Virus record (IMG/VR): IMGVR_UViG_3300045988_179014
Location: 32,001-96,000 of that record
Reading direction: 5' to 3' (one strand)
DNA length: 64,000 nucleotides
Source of the DNA: a virus
Under the pieces are notes generated by a model. It was given only the letters and a program-made list of their open reading frames with translations, was not told the DNA's origin and ran no database searches. Of this stretch, positions 11,248 through 21,420 are shown piece by piece. Position 1 is the stretch's first letter; each line of letters opens with the position of its first letter. The translations under genes and the position numbers were made by a program.

Positions 11248-12432
11248 TCAATTGTTCGATACAGAATCCTGTTGTTTGGCCTCTGCCATTTTTCTGCGAC
11301 GTTCTGCACGCATTTTTTCCAAAGGATTTGTTTCAAAAGCTGTGGTCCATTTTTCTTTCCAATCAGACACATGTATTGTGGAATAGCGTCCCATCCAGTC
11401 ACGCATTAAACATTCCCCTGGATTCAAATTGGTTAATGCCGCTTCAAATCCTTCACCAGGGGGCAACTGCATACCTTCAACAATTTGTGTAGCTTCTTTA
11501 GGGTCAGTGTTGAATGCAAAACGTGTGGTAATGGTGTTTTTAATGTTCAAATCGCCCAAATCTCTATCGTTTTGTGTTATCAATACAAGTGCGAGCGCTC
11601 TTGAACGACCTAAACGAGCTGCTGCCTCAATACAGTCAGCTCCAGCCGAACTTGCAAGAACAGCCCATGCCTCGTCAATAATGAGGGTTTTCGGATTTTG
11701 TGATTCGTCATGATGCATAATACGACGGATAAAATCTGTAATCAGGAAAAAGACTGTGGCACTTAACCGAGAAATGTTCCCAATATTTGATTTCAGCTCT
11801 AATCCAACCATGGTCACCACAGTAAGTCCTGAATCAAGTTTTAAAGTGGCTCGACGTCTGTTGCCAGGAGCAAAACATAAACTGGCAAAAGGCAGTCGCC
11901 GGATAAGGTCCAAACTGGCTCCAAGGTTTCTGGCTTCATCTTTATCTGACATGAGCAATGCTTCCGTTACTGCCAACAAGGAAGGTACATCGCTTTCAAT
12001 TACATCTTTTACAATGGGGGATAATACCGTGAATTGTTCATCTTTGATTCCACCTACGAGCATGTCAATAACGTTGATGACCAAGTTTAATTGTTCACCT
12101 TTGTCGCTCGCCATGTAGAAGGGGTCTAATATGCCTTTTTTCTTTGGGTCACTCAGATTCCAGAAGTTGATATCTCCGATTTCATCTTTCAATGACATCA
12201 AAGAGATAAAATCACCTTTGGGGTCCAACACGATGGTGGTTTTCCCTAAAATTGAACAAATAGTCGTGAGAGTCAAGGCCAGGAAAGTTTTACCGGAACC
12301 GGGCTTGCCTGTAATGATTGTACCTGGTGGTTGATTGTTAAAAATGGCAGTGTGTGTGTCAAAGAAAACTGGTTGGGCGACGCCTTGAGTGGTTTCCCCG
12401 ATAAACATGCTGGTGGAGTAGTTGATGTCCAT
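11248..12432 (-). CDS. VirB4/TraC-like (AAA_10/DUF87-type) P-loop ATPase, short form.
   Basis: Walker A GKPGSGKTF. Walker B IIDEAW, the characteristic DEAW of VirB4/TrbE/HerA-type ATPases. It lacks a VirB4 N-terminal domain. Confidence 0.5.
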   Translation of the reverse strand: MDINYSTSMFIGETTQGVAQPVFFDTHTAIFNNQPPGTIITGKPGSGKTFLALTLTTICSILGKTTIVLDPKGDFISLMSLKDEIGDINFWNLSDPKKKGILDPFYMASDKGEQLNLVINVIDMLVGGIKDEQFTVLSPIVKDVIESDVPSLLAVTEALLMSDKDEARNLGASLDLIRRLPFASLCFAPGNRRRATLKLDSGLTVVTMVGLELKSNIGNISRLSATVFFLITDFIRRIMHHDESQNPKTLIIDEAWAVLASSAGADCIEAAARLGRSRALALVLITQNDRDLGDLNIKNTITTRFAFNTDPKEATQIVEGMQLPPGEGFEAALTNLNPGECLMRDWMGRYSTIHVSDWKEKWTTAFETNPLEKMRAERRRKMAEAKQQDSVSNN

Positions 12433-12494
12433 ACTGCCGTATCTCTCTTAATTGGTGATTATTGTCTGAATTGGTTTGAAGTTGATGGATGATT

Positions 12495-12998
12495 CTACTT
12501 TTTACGCTTTTTATTGCGGAAAGTTACATTACCGGAGGCTAAATCTTCCCGTTCTTTCATGTCAGCCAGCATTTGCAGTTCCCGACGTCGAGAAATCCAA
12601 ATTTCACTTTCCGTGAAGTACACAGTTCGGTCCAGTAAATTGTTGGCATTGAGGTCGGTCCATCCTTTGGGTTCTTTGATGTAATTGACTGTTGTTTTCA
12701 AATAATCAATCAGGCCTCGTCCACCCCATACTGGTTTTGCAGCCAGATTTCCTAAAATGATGGGTGGAGCAAATGCCAAAACAGCAAACAAGAAGTTGAA
12801 TTGAAGTCCCAAAAACACTATTACTGGCACTGTCCACAAAATAAGGAATGCGGTTGTGTAAGCAACTTTTTTCAGTGAAACAGGCTTCCGGAATTTGATG
12901 TCGCCCAGACTGTACATGTATAGTTCACGATTGAAAAAGTTTGTCATGTTGACTACATGAACATATTGAGGTTCCGTCATTCTCCTTGGCCCTTCCAA
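12495..12998 (-). CDS. Membrane protein with two predicted TM helices. Hypothetical.
   Basis: Hydrophobic stretches LILWTVPVIVFLGL and FLFAVLAFAPPIILG. No motif. Confidence 0.4.
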   Translation of the reverse strand: MEGPRRMTEPQYVHVVNMTNFFNRELYMYSLGDIKFRKPVSLKKVAYTTAFLILWTVPVIVFLGLQFNFLFAVLAFAPPIILGNLAAKPVWGGRGLIDYLKTTVNYIKEPKGWTDLNANNLLDRTVYFTESEIWISRRRELQMLADMKEREDLASGNVTFRNKKRKK

Positions 12999-13172
12999 TC
13001 TTTTTAAACATTAAATCATCCAATACCAATATCCACACATCAGACGTAATCAAAAGGCTTACTTATTCCAATAAGTAATTGTTTTGAGTTTTTACACCTG
13101 TCTCATTGGAACAGTTTTGGAACAATATTCGGATTACAAAATATACTGAGAACCATATGTGAGATTATGCCC

Positions 13173-13790
13173 TCAGAAGTAATTGTGGGTTTGGATTTCT
13201 GGCGTGGTTACATATTGTGTAGGGTCTACTGATTCAATGTCCAAAACAATGGTGTATGTGTCTTTAATTCCTGACAATCCCCCGTAATGGAATGCGGTTT
13301 CTACTAAATGACTGAAATCATCATCATCCCACCAACTGGCATCGCTGAGTCCATCAACAAGAGCTTTCACAGTAGGATAAAAGTTTGGTGGGTCTATTCG
13401 CCGTTTAGTAGGGGCCAGTATGGTAACTGTAATACGAAAATGATGAAACATGACGGGTACTTCAACTGGTTCCGTATTGTTACTACGAGAATTGAATTCA
13501 CGTATAACTTTTTGGATGGCTTCATCGATTTCTTCCGTACTGGCTTTCATCTTGTTCAGACGTTTGGTGATACGTGCTTTGCGTACAGAAAGTTCAGCAG
13601 CATCCAAAATTTGATTGTATCGTTCTTCTGCTAATTGTGGGTGGTCGTGATTTTCCAGCCCTTTTTTTGCACCTTGTTCGCGAATATAATTAGCCATTTT
13701 GGATTTGACCACGAATTGGTTTGGCATGCGATTCGAGTTGAGTGTTTCTTTCCCTGAAAAGTTGAAACGTAATTGTTTATGTGTTGTCAT
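13173..13790 (-). CDS. Hypothetical protein.
   Basis: ORF in an operon context, no motif recognised. Confidence 0.35.
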   Translation of the reverse strand: MTTHKQLRFNFSGKETLNSNRMPNQFVVKSKMANYIREQGAKKGLENHDHPQLAEERYNQILDAAELSVRKARITKRLNKMKASTEEIDEAIQKVIREFNSRSNNTEPVEVPVMFHHFRITVTILAPTKRRIDPPNFYPTVKALVDGLSDASWWDDDDFSHLVETAFHYGGLSGIKDTYTIVLDIESVDPTQYVTTPEIQTHNYF

Positions 13791-13814
13791 GTGTGGTAGT
13801 TTTCGTTTGTTAGG

Positions 13815-14765
13815 TTACAGGTTTTTGATGGCGTCGACTTGTCTTTTCACCAAGAACAATCCGCCAGCATAGAGTAGTCCGGTTGCTGCTAATGCCGCCC
13901 AGGACAAAGGCTCTTGGAACCAGAAGTCTTTAGCAGCACCATCAAAGAAGAAGCTGAACAGGAATGCACCAGGAATTGCTATAGTGGCTATAATCATGGC
14001 TGGCATAGCGGATTGTACAGCGCGATTGATTTCATCTTGAACTTTTCGACGTTGTTCCAGCACTTTTTGAATGTTAACCAGCTGACTTTCCATATTTGCT
14101 CCGCTTGTTGTTGCTTGAATGAGACAAGCAGTCAAAAATTGAAGGTCACGTGAAGCAGTTTTACGGGACAATTCCTCCAACGCTTCACGGAAAGACGAAC
14201 TGGCCAAGAGTTTGTGTTTTACAACAACCAAATCTTCGTACAAAGGTGAGGGCATGTTGTCAATAATTTTCAGCATTGCACGTTCGTAGGTGTCAGATGC
14301 TTGAATATTGGCTTTAAGTGCTGAGATGAAACCTGGTAGTTGATAGTTAATAGCGTTTGATTTACGGTTTGCCATTCCTCGGGTCAACATGATAATGCCA
14401 CCAGTTAAAGCGAATGCCAAAACTATACCGGCAATAGCGTTTTGAGTTACTAATCCTATGATGAGCGCTATTGTCACTATTCCAATCAGCACATCACGAC
14501 CAGCATTATTGTTTTCTTCCCCATAGCGAGACAATCCAGCACCACGAAACAGTTTCCCCCAATAGCTATTCCATCGTTGGGTGAGAGTTAGCTTGGGTTC
14601 TGGTTTTTCGCCATGCTCATCTTCAAGTAGTTCCTGAAGCTGTTCATCATAGTTTTTACGGCCAGCACTGGAACGAATATAGAAGAAAATGAGCACACCC
14701 AAGAGAACCAGCAAAACAGTAAATATGGCAGCTACTAGAATTGGAAACAGTTGTATGTTCATCAT
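13815..14765 (-). CDS. TadB/TadC-like inner-membrane platform protein (T2SS-F domain).
   Basis: Multi-TM protein with a GspF-like helical domain directly downstream of the cpaF-like ATPase (4-nt overlap). Confidence 0.55.
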   Translation of the reverse strand: MMNIQLFPILVAAIFTVLLVLLGVLIFFYIRSSAGRKNYDEQLQELLEDEHGEKPEPKLTLTQRWNSYWGKLFRGAGLSRYGEENNNAGRDVLIGIVTIALIIGLVTQNAIAGIVLAFALTGGIIMLTRGMANRKSNAINYQLPGFISALKANIQASDTYERAMLKIIDNMPSPLYEDLVVVKHKLLASSSFREALEELSRKTASRDLQFLTACLIQATTSGANMESQLVNIQKVLEQRRKVQDEINRAVQSAMPAMIIATIAIPGAFLFSFFFDGAAKDFWFQEPLSWAALAATGLLYAGGLFLVKRQVDAIKNL

Positions 14766-16537
14766 GCGTTTGGTAGCTCCTGTTCCACGATGCTGCTTAA
14801 TTCTTGAAGTTCTGCCCAGTCAAGGTCTTCTTCGATATCCAGCAGTTTATTGGCTCTTCTTTCAGGGCTAATATCACCGACTTTGACCCAATGCCCCGTC
14901 ACTTTGTTGTTTGCGTCCAAACCGTCATCAACGAATTTCCAGATTGGGTTCACAGGAAGCGTGAGTCGCCCGTTGATTTCCATTGGTTCGCGGCCAACTT
15001 CATCAACAGATATGATTCGTCTTGAACCATCCAGAGGAAAGTGTTTCAAGGAGACGATAAAATCAAAAGCGGAAGCAATGAGTTCCAAGGCCCCCTCTGT
15101 GGTCACCAATCCGCCTTGTGCAATAAGTGATGACAAACGTGGAATAGCCTCTTGTGAGCTGTTGGCGTGAATAGTGGAAGCACCAGCATGTCCAGTGTTC
15201 AGAGCTTGGCACAAATCATACGCGGCATCATCAGTAACCTCACCCACAATGATGACATCAGGACGCATTTGTAGTGATGCTTTGACCAAATCACGCATCG
15301 TCACACCATGGTCATTTCCCCGGTCCATTGCAGGCATACGACATTCCATTGCAGCAGCCAACAGTTTTTTAGGATTTGGTTTCATTTCAATATTGTCTTC
15401 TAGCGTCAAAATACGCACAGCAGGTTTGTAAAACCCTGTAATAGCATTCAACATGGAGGTTTTTCCACTGTGTGTACCTCCAGACACCAGAAAGCTGGCT
15501 CCTTTGTGAACCATGTTTCCAATGAATGACATCACTTCTTCTGAGGATGAGCCGCGACGTACTAGAGCACTGGGTGTCCAGAAAGTACTTGGGTGTCTAC
15601 GAATGGAAAAATTGGGTCCATCTGGAGCAATAGTTGGATGCACTGCAAACATTCTGCTTTTATCGTGTAAACGTCCTTTTACAAGAGGAGTTGTTTGACT
15701 GACGGTTTTACCAATGGCGCTATAGAGTCGGTCAATCAAATCCAACAAATGTTTACTGTTTTTGAATTTGCATCCTGGAACTTTTCGAACTTCCCCGCGA
15801 ATTTCCACTTGCACATCCCGAGGGCCATTGCACATGATTTCATCAATAGAAGAATCACGCCACAAGGGCTCTAAACGTCCAAATCCAACAACCTCATTAC
15901 ATATAAAACTGAGGATTGTCGCACGTTGTATCTCTCCCCATCCTTTACGGGAACGAGACATGTATTCAGACGCCAAACTCTGCACTTTGAAGAATGCTTT
16001 ATCTTGATATGCGTCATCAGTTGGATTGTCTTGTGCATCCCTGATTACATCTGATGCGCCAGAACCAGCCAATTCGTCACGAACATACTGGACCCCGTTT
16101 TGAATTTCATCCTCAAACACATCGAAGTACCCGTCTGGTGCTTTCATGAGAACCGCTGCGGTAATGTAACGAGATGCTTTGATACCGCCTGTTGGATAAC
16201 GTTTCTTCAATTCATTCATGTTATTCTGAATTGCCAACAGTGTGGGGTCATTGGCATCATTCAAATAATTGGATACATGACTGATTCTTCCTGCTTTTTG
16301 AGCTTGCTGAAAAGCAGTTTCCTCATCATCCTGGTCATCAATCAACGGGTTCCGATTTGCATTCATGTGTGGTAATGTATTGGGAATACGTGATGAGGCA
16401 TTGGTGATACTGGTGGGTAATCTACTGCTGCGCATATCGGATTCTTGCGTATCGGGTTTTTTGAGAGGGTTTAAAGACATTGTTTCAACTTCCAAGTGTT
16501 CCGAGCATTGAGAAAAGCGATGGTGCAAGCACAACAA
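14762..16537 (-). CDS. CpaF/TadA-like secretion ATPase (VirB11/GspE superfamily).
   Basis: Walker A VSGGTHSGKTSMLNA, Asp-box ILTLEDNIE, His-box GHAGASTIHANS and the IIVGEVTDD Walker B region. Confidence 0.85.
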   Translation of the reverse strand: MLCLHHRFSQCSEHLEVETMSLNPLKKPDTQESDMRSSRLPTSITNASSRIPNTLPHMNANRNPLIDDQDDEETAFQQAQKAGRISHVSNYLNDANDPTLLAIQNNMNELKKRYPTGGIKASRYITAAVLMKAPDGYFDVFEDEIQNGVQYVRDELAGSGASDVIRDAQDNPTDDAYQDKAFFKVQSLASEYMSRSRKGWGEIQRATILSFICNEVVGFGRLEPLWRDSSIDEIMCNGPRDVQVEIRGEVRKVPGCKFKNSKHLLDLIDRLYSAIGKTVSQTTPLVKGRLHDKSRMFAVHPTIAPDGPNFSIRRHPSTFWTPSALVRRGSSSEEVMSFIGNMVHKGASFLVSGGTHSGKTSMLNAITGFYKPAVRILTLEDNIEMKPNPKKLLAAAMECRMPAMDRGNDHGVTMRDLVKASLQMRPDVIIVGEVTDDAAYDLCQALNTGHAGASTIHANSSQEAIPRLSSLIAQGGLVTTEGALELIASAFDFIVSLKHFPLDGSRRIISVDEVGREPMEINGRLTLPVNPIWKFVDDGLDANNKVTGHWVKVGDISPERRANKLLDIEEDLDWAELQELSSIVEQELPNA

Positions 16538-17390
16538 TAAGAAGTGCAGGCATGAGAGTAGGTGTTAACGCAATAAAGATTTTGGATTCCAATTGGCCGG
16601 TTTTTTGGTGAATCAAGGCAAAAAACTCTTGTCGACTGGCATCCACTTGATTTGCTAATGTTTCCACCATTGGAGAGTTTACCGCTACGGCGCTTTGGAT
16701 TGCTCGAATGAATGAAATGATGCTCTCATTTGGTGCACGAGTAGCAAAATTGTCTAATACTTCATCCAATGTTTTACCCGTGTCCATTCCTTTAACCATG
16801 GTGCGGAATTCCTCTTTCAATACACTTTCCTCCATGGTGGGAATAATTTCACGCAATGATTGAGCAAAAGTACGTCCACCAGAAAGAGAAATAATGAGCA
16901 AATCCAATGCTTCTGGTAGTTCACGTTTGAATTCCAAGTCACGGCGTTTGGCTTCATCACGGTAGCGAATTCGGGGAAAGAAAAAACCAAATAATGTTAC
17001 CAGTGGAACCACAATCCACCATGCTAGACCAGTGAAAGGAGTGGTGGCGACCCAGAGGAACCATCCAGCAACGAAACCTATTATTCCACTCAAGTATTGC
17101 ATGAAAATGAATTCATCTGGTCTCAACCCCCATGGATTACCAGACTTTATCAACAATGTTTCAATTTGTGGATGCACACGATTACGACGATTTGCAACCA
17201 TGCCAGCGGGAAGTGCTTTGTAAAAATCATTCCCCAAAACATTCATTAACCGCAGCATTGGTTTTTTAGCGGCTTGTTCCTCATTGTTGGGGTTGAATGT
17301 ACGATTACCTTTAGGCACAAACAATGTATACAGTATCAACACAGACAGGAGTGATACCAACCCGCTTATTACCAGAATTGAGGTGTCCAT
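16485..17390 (-). CDS. Second TadB/TadC-like membrane platform protein.
   Basis: T2SS-F-like helical domain and a C-terminal TM segment PTLMPALLIVVLAPSLFSML. It overlaps the ATPase gene by about 50 nt. Confidence 0.5.
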   Translation of the reverse strand: MDTSILVISGLVSLLSVLILYTLFVPKGNRTFNPNNEEQAAKKPMLRLMNVLGNDFYKALPAGMVANRRNRVHPQIETLLIKSGNPWGLRPDEFIFMQYLSGIIGFVAGWFLWVATTPFTGLAWWIVVPLVTLFGFFFPRIRYRDEAKRRDLEFKRELPEALDLLIISLSGGRTFAQSLREIIPTMEESVLKEEFRTMVKGMDTGKTLDEVLDNFATRAPNESIISFIRAIQSAVAVNSPMVETLANQVDASRQEFFALIHQKTGQLESKIFIALTPTLMPALLIVVLAPSLFSMLGTLGS

Positions 17391-17497
17391 AAATGTCCTT
17401 TACGGTCAAAGAGCTTTATGAGCGAAATATCGAATGGTTAGGGCAAATATAAAAAGGGAGAGGTTATTATCCCTCTCCCTAGTGCTTAAGCGACAAA

Positions 17498-17797
17498 TCA
17501 GCCGAAACGTCCCTTGTAGGCGCCATCTTTCTTGAATGAATTGTCTTTGGAATGGTCAGTGTTCTTACAAATTTCAGCGGAATTAGATGATTTGTATGTA
17601 TTGGACCCTTCAATGCAGGTAGCAGTGTCAGCGGCCTTGTTTAGGATTGCGGTTGAGAACCAGTTGACCAATGTTAACGCAGCAATGGCGAATCCAGCGG
17701 TCAAAATGAGAGTCTGCACTAGGTCGCCACGGTCACGGTCGATTTCTGTAACCGCATCAGCGGCGAAAGACTCCTTAATGTTGTTGATAAAGGTCAT
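17498..17797 (-). CDS. Possible Flp/Tad-type prepilin.
   Basis: 99 aa. A charged leader ending in RG is followed by the hydrophobic segment DLVQTLILTAGFAIAALTLV. The Flp G/xxxxEY motif is only approximated (Q instead of E). Confidence 0.35.
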   Translation of the reverse strand: MTFINNIKESFAADAVTEIDRDRGDLVQTLILTAGFAIAALTLVNWFSTAILNKAADTATCIEGSNTYKSSNSAEICKNTDHSKDNSFKKDGAYKGRFG

Positions 17798-17955
17798 GGT
17801 CGTTCTGTCCTCGTGTGTAGAATAGGATTTTATGATGTTTTGTGTTCATGACAAGGCATCATGGCACAAATATCAATACGATGATTTCAATTCTGTCACA
17901 GAAAGTAATGGTCACTACCCTACAAAGAGATAGTGACCATTAAAAGCCGTTTTAT

Positions 17956-18951
17956 TTATGACAGCTTATCTATTTCAGACATACTCCACTTCCACATTTT
18001 ATATGCTTTTTCTTTGACGTTTTCCACCCAAGTTTTGAAGTGTTTACCGTCAGAGACAACATCACTAGAAAGAGGATAGCTGCTTTTAATAACTTCAAAA
18101 ATAATAGCACGAGCACGCACGTGGCTGCCTAACGACAAATCCGGTTTCTCAAGTGGTATAGTACGATTACTGTATACATCTATTTGCAGTTGATTGGCAA
18201 TACTGAGCATCGCCTTCGCTATCGCGATTCTTTCTTTTTCGCTGAAGCTGATGTTGTGTTCTCGTTCCCATTCTGTTACGTACCCATAATTTGTGATAAG
18301 GATACCAACGGAACGGTCACCAGGGTCGACTTTACCATCCGAGTTACGAGCAGACCACGGCATGGATTCAGGCGAGTTCTTTGAGGATGTGGATTGATTG
18401 GATGATGTTTTCTTGTTGTTGAGTTCGTCATTGCTCATGGTGTTGGCTGAATAAATTCCTCCAGGAGCAGGGTCTTCTTTCATATTGGTGCGAGCCATTG
18501 AACTAATAGTCCATTCAGACTCATCATCAAACCGAACAGCTGCAAGAGATTTGAAAATGTTGGATTTGGCTGCATTCATGTCACCAGGTGGAGCAACTTC
18601 TGACATTGGCAACGACCGGTCAACGCCTTCTTTACGATGGTTCTCCAATCGAAAATGAATAGGCTCATTGTTGTCATGAGCTTTTTTGACTTTGCTGAGA
18701 ATGGCTTGGTCAGGAACCCATCCAGAAGGCAAATATTGACTGTTGTCAACTTTGAATTTAATGTTGTGTGAATTTCCTTTTTTGGAAGTTTCGATTTCTG
18801 CTACATGACCGAAGCCGGTAATGACTTTGACTTCTGCTCGCACCCCTTTCTCATCTACTCCATCATAGGAAATAAAGGGTTTCCGGCTGAAGGTTTTCAT
18901 GTCGCCATTATTGTTGGTCATGCGATTCTCCTTGCTTACTTGGCGCGGCAA
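17956..18951 (-). CDS. Hypothetical protein.
   Basis: 331-aa ORF, no motif. Confidence 0.4.
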   Translation of the reverse strand: MPRQVSKENRMTNNNGDMKTFSRKPFISYDGVDEKGVRAEVKVITGFGHVAEIETSKKGNSHNIKFKVDNSQYLPSGWVPDQAILSKVKKAHDNNEPIHFRLENHRKEGVDRSLPMSEVAPPGDMNAAKSNIFKSLAAVRFDDESEWTISSMARTNMKEDPAPGGIYSANTMSNDELNNKKTSSNQSTSSKNSPESMPWSARNSDGKVDPGDRSVGILITNYGYVTEWEREHNISFSEKERIAIAKAMLSIANQLQIDVYSNRTIPLEKPDLSLGSHVRARAIIFEVIKSSYPLSSDVVSDGKHFKTWVENVKEKAYKMWKWSMSEIDKLS

Positions 18952-19051
18952 TTATAGTGTTCAGATACTTCCCTATTTTACCAAAACCCTCTAATACAGA
19001 CATCACATAAACTGTATAAGGGCCAATAAAGATAAAAAAATGACTGTTTAA

Positions 19052-19267
19052 TCATGGGGTGAAAAGTTTCCGAAACCAGCTTTGACCAGAAAACCAATCT
19101 GAAATACCTGTAATAATCCCAACAACACTATTCCAAATCCAAGTGATAACACTGAACGGATTCCAATGAAAGATTTTAAAAACGGCAACCAACAATCCTG
19201 CTAAAACAAGATATAACAAAATTCGTCCAGCTCCTTTAAATACACCGTTTCCGGTTCTTGTCGCCAT
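19052..19267 (-). CDS. Small membrane protein (71 aa).
   Basis: Two hydrophobic helices. Could be a pilin-like or holin-like peptide. Confidence 0.3.
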   Translation of the reverse strand: MATRTGNGVFKGAGRILLYLVLAGLLVAVFKIFHWNPFSVITWIWNSVVGIITGISDWFSGQSWFRKLFTP

Positions 19268-19321
19268 TTCTTACAATCTCCCTAATGAATTTAAATCATG
19301 TTGTTTTCTAACAAAGAATGA

Positions 19322-19909
19322 TTAATCTTCATCTGATGCATCTTCCATATCGTGGATGGCTTCTTGCAATCGAGCATAATCTTCCTCCTGTTTCTTTGCT
19401 CTCATACGGCGCAACTCTCGAAGCTGTTCCCGTTCCGCACGGTCAGGAGGTACACGCAAATGAGCCAGAAAACGGTTTGCGGAAGAGTTTAAATCCATAT
19501 CATCAATGTCAATTTGAAGTTTTGGTCTGCCATCTTCGTCCAACTCGCTTTTAGGAATCAGTTCATAGATTTTTCCAGTTCTTTTATCTCGAACCATATC
19601 AGGCCCTAATTCTGGCATGAACTCATATTTTAACTGTTTAGGTGTAGTATTGTGTTTAGATGTTTTAGTTCGTTTAGCAGATGAACCAGAACTGCTACGT
19701 GTCTTAGACGGTTTTTCAGCAGTTGGTTTAGAAGAGATACCATCAACTACCCTATCTGATTCATCTTGAGAAAGTTTGGAGGCATTCTGGGAGCGTTGAA
19801 GAGGCTTTCTGGGTACACGTGAAGACCCAGAAGGTCTTTGACTGGGAATTGGCATAATCAATAGCCTCTCTTCTACATTAAACAAACATTGATTAAGGCA
19901 AAATATCAA
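19322..19909 (-). CDS. Hypothetical basic Ser-rich protein.
   Basis: 195-aa ORF. N-terminus S/R/K rich, C-terminus acidic. Confidence 0.4.
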   Translation of the reverse strand: MIFCLNQCLFNVEERLLIMPIPSQRPSGSSRVPRKPLQRSQNASKLSQDESDRVVDGISSKPTAEKPSKTRSSSGSSAKRTKTSKHNTTPKQLKYEFMPELGPDMVRDKRTGKIYELIPKSELDEDGRPKLQIDIDDMDLNSSANRFLAHLRVPPDRAEREQLRELRRMRAKKQEEDYARLQEAIHDMEDASDED

Positions 19910-19919
19910 TGGTTTCTAT

Positions 19920-21311
19920 TTACGAACCAAGTAGAGAACCTAGCTCTTTGACTGATGTTATCGTATTGATTTGAATATTAATATGAGCGGTAAGATGCTT
20001 TTGAGCAAATTTTGGAATAATAATACGTTCAAACCCTAAACGTTCTGCTTCCTTGACTTTTTGTTCCACCATGAAAGAACCTCGAACCTGTCCTGTAAGA
20101 CTCAATTCACCAACAAAAGCGGTACGCGTTCTAAATGCTTTTTCTTTGAGAGAGGAAAGAATCGCAGCTGCCAATGCCAAATCCGTTAATGGGTCTTTAA
20201 CATGAATACCGGAAACAGTGCTCATGAAAACATCATTCTCATATAATCTGGTGTTACAGAATTTATCCAAAATAGCACATACAATTTGTCCTCGATTATA
20301 ATTAACTCCACTGAATTGTTTACGTGGTGTGGGCAAATTTGATGAAGTGACCAATGATTGTATCTCAACTGGGATTTGTCTTATACCCTCACTGATGAAA
20401 CTACACGCAGTACCAGGAAGTTTGATTTCATCATCTGTTTCAAGAAGAATGCCACTTGGGTCAGTTACTTCCTGAAGCCCGTTTTCTGCATGTTGAAACA
20501 CTCCCACTTCAGTAGTATCTCCAAAACGATTTTTGGTAGCTCGAAGAAACTTCAAGGGTGTTTCTGAATCCGATTCTAACATGAGTGCGGCATCAACTAT
20601 GTGCTGAATGGACTCTGAACCGGAAAACTCCCCTGACTTGACAATTTGGTTGATGAGAAACATGGTAATTCCCCGAGTTTTGGCCAAATGTGTCAAAGTG
20701 TGTGCTGCTTCTTTGGATTGAGCAACAGAACCAATGGAACTATTGATTGCAGTACTGGCCAGAGTTTGCAAAGAATCCACAATGAGAAAATCTGGTTTTT
20801 CAGCATCAATATGTCCTAATAGTGTTTCCAGATTGGTTTCATTGATGATTCGAATACTGGGATTGCTAACACCCATTCGCTGAGCCCGTAATCCAATTTG
20901 TTGTTCTGATTCTTCCCCTGATGAGTACAGAACTTTCCGGCCCAGAGCAGCAAATCTTTCTGCCATGGCCAACGCGAGGGTGCTTTTGCCGGCCCCTGGT
21001 TGTCCTGCACATAGAACAACTTCTGCATCCACAAAACCTCCACCCAAAACCCTATCCAATTCATTGATTCCCGTTTTGGTTCGTTGTATAGGAGTACTGT
21101 TTAATTCACTGATTGTAGCTGCTCTTTTTAATGGTTTCACAGCTCCAGAAGTTTTCAGCCCTGCACGAGATGGATTGGAGGGACCTTTTGGGGTTGTTGC
21201 TTCTTCCACAAATGTTTGAAATGACCCACAATTAGAACATTTCCCCATAGGTCTTCTAGTGTGTATTGTTTGACATTCAGTACATCTATAAACAGTGGTC
21301 GGTTTAGCCAT
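19920..21311 (-). CDS. radA: DNA repair protein RadA/Sms.
   Basis: N-terminal C4 zinc finger CTECQ...CSNCGS. RecA-like Walker A GQPGAGKST. KNRFG motif (ATKNRFGDT). Lon-protease-like C-terminal domain. Confidence 0.9.
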   Translation of the reverse strand: MAKPTTVYRCTECQTIHTRRPMGKCSNCGSFQTFVEEATTPKGPSNPSRAGLKTSGAVKPLKRAATISELNSTPIQRTKTGINELDRVLGGGFVDAEVVLCAGQPGAGKSTLALAMAERFAALGRKVLYSSGEESEQQIGLRAQRMGVSNPSIRIINETNLETLLGHIDAEKPDFLIVDSLQTLASTAINSSIGSVAQSKEAAHTLTHLAKTRGITMFLINQIVKSGEFSGSESIQHIVDAALMLESDSETPLKFLRATKNRFGDTTEVGVFQHAENGLQEVTDPSGILLETDDEIKLPGTACSFISEGIRQIPVEIQSLVTSSNLPTPRKQFSGVNYNRGQIVCAILDKFCNTRLYENDVFMSTVSGIHVKDPLTDLALAAAILSSLKEKAFRTRTAFVGELSLTGQVRGSFMVEQKVKEAERLGFERIIIPKFAQKHLTAHINIQINTITSVKELGSLLGS

Positions 21312-21420
21312 GTTAGCATTCTATCAACCAAGACTATTTTGTTACTGAATTGTTGTGGTTTTCACATATACAACAATCCGTGTTTTGAAGTATTGACTTA
21401 ATGATTGAACAGCTCTAATT

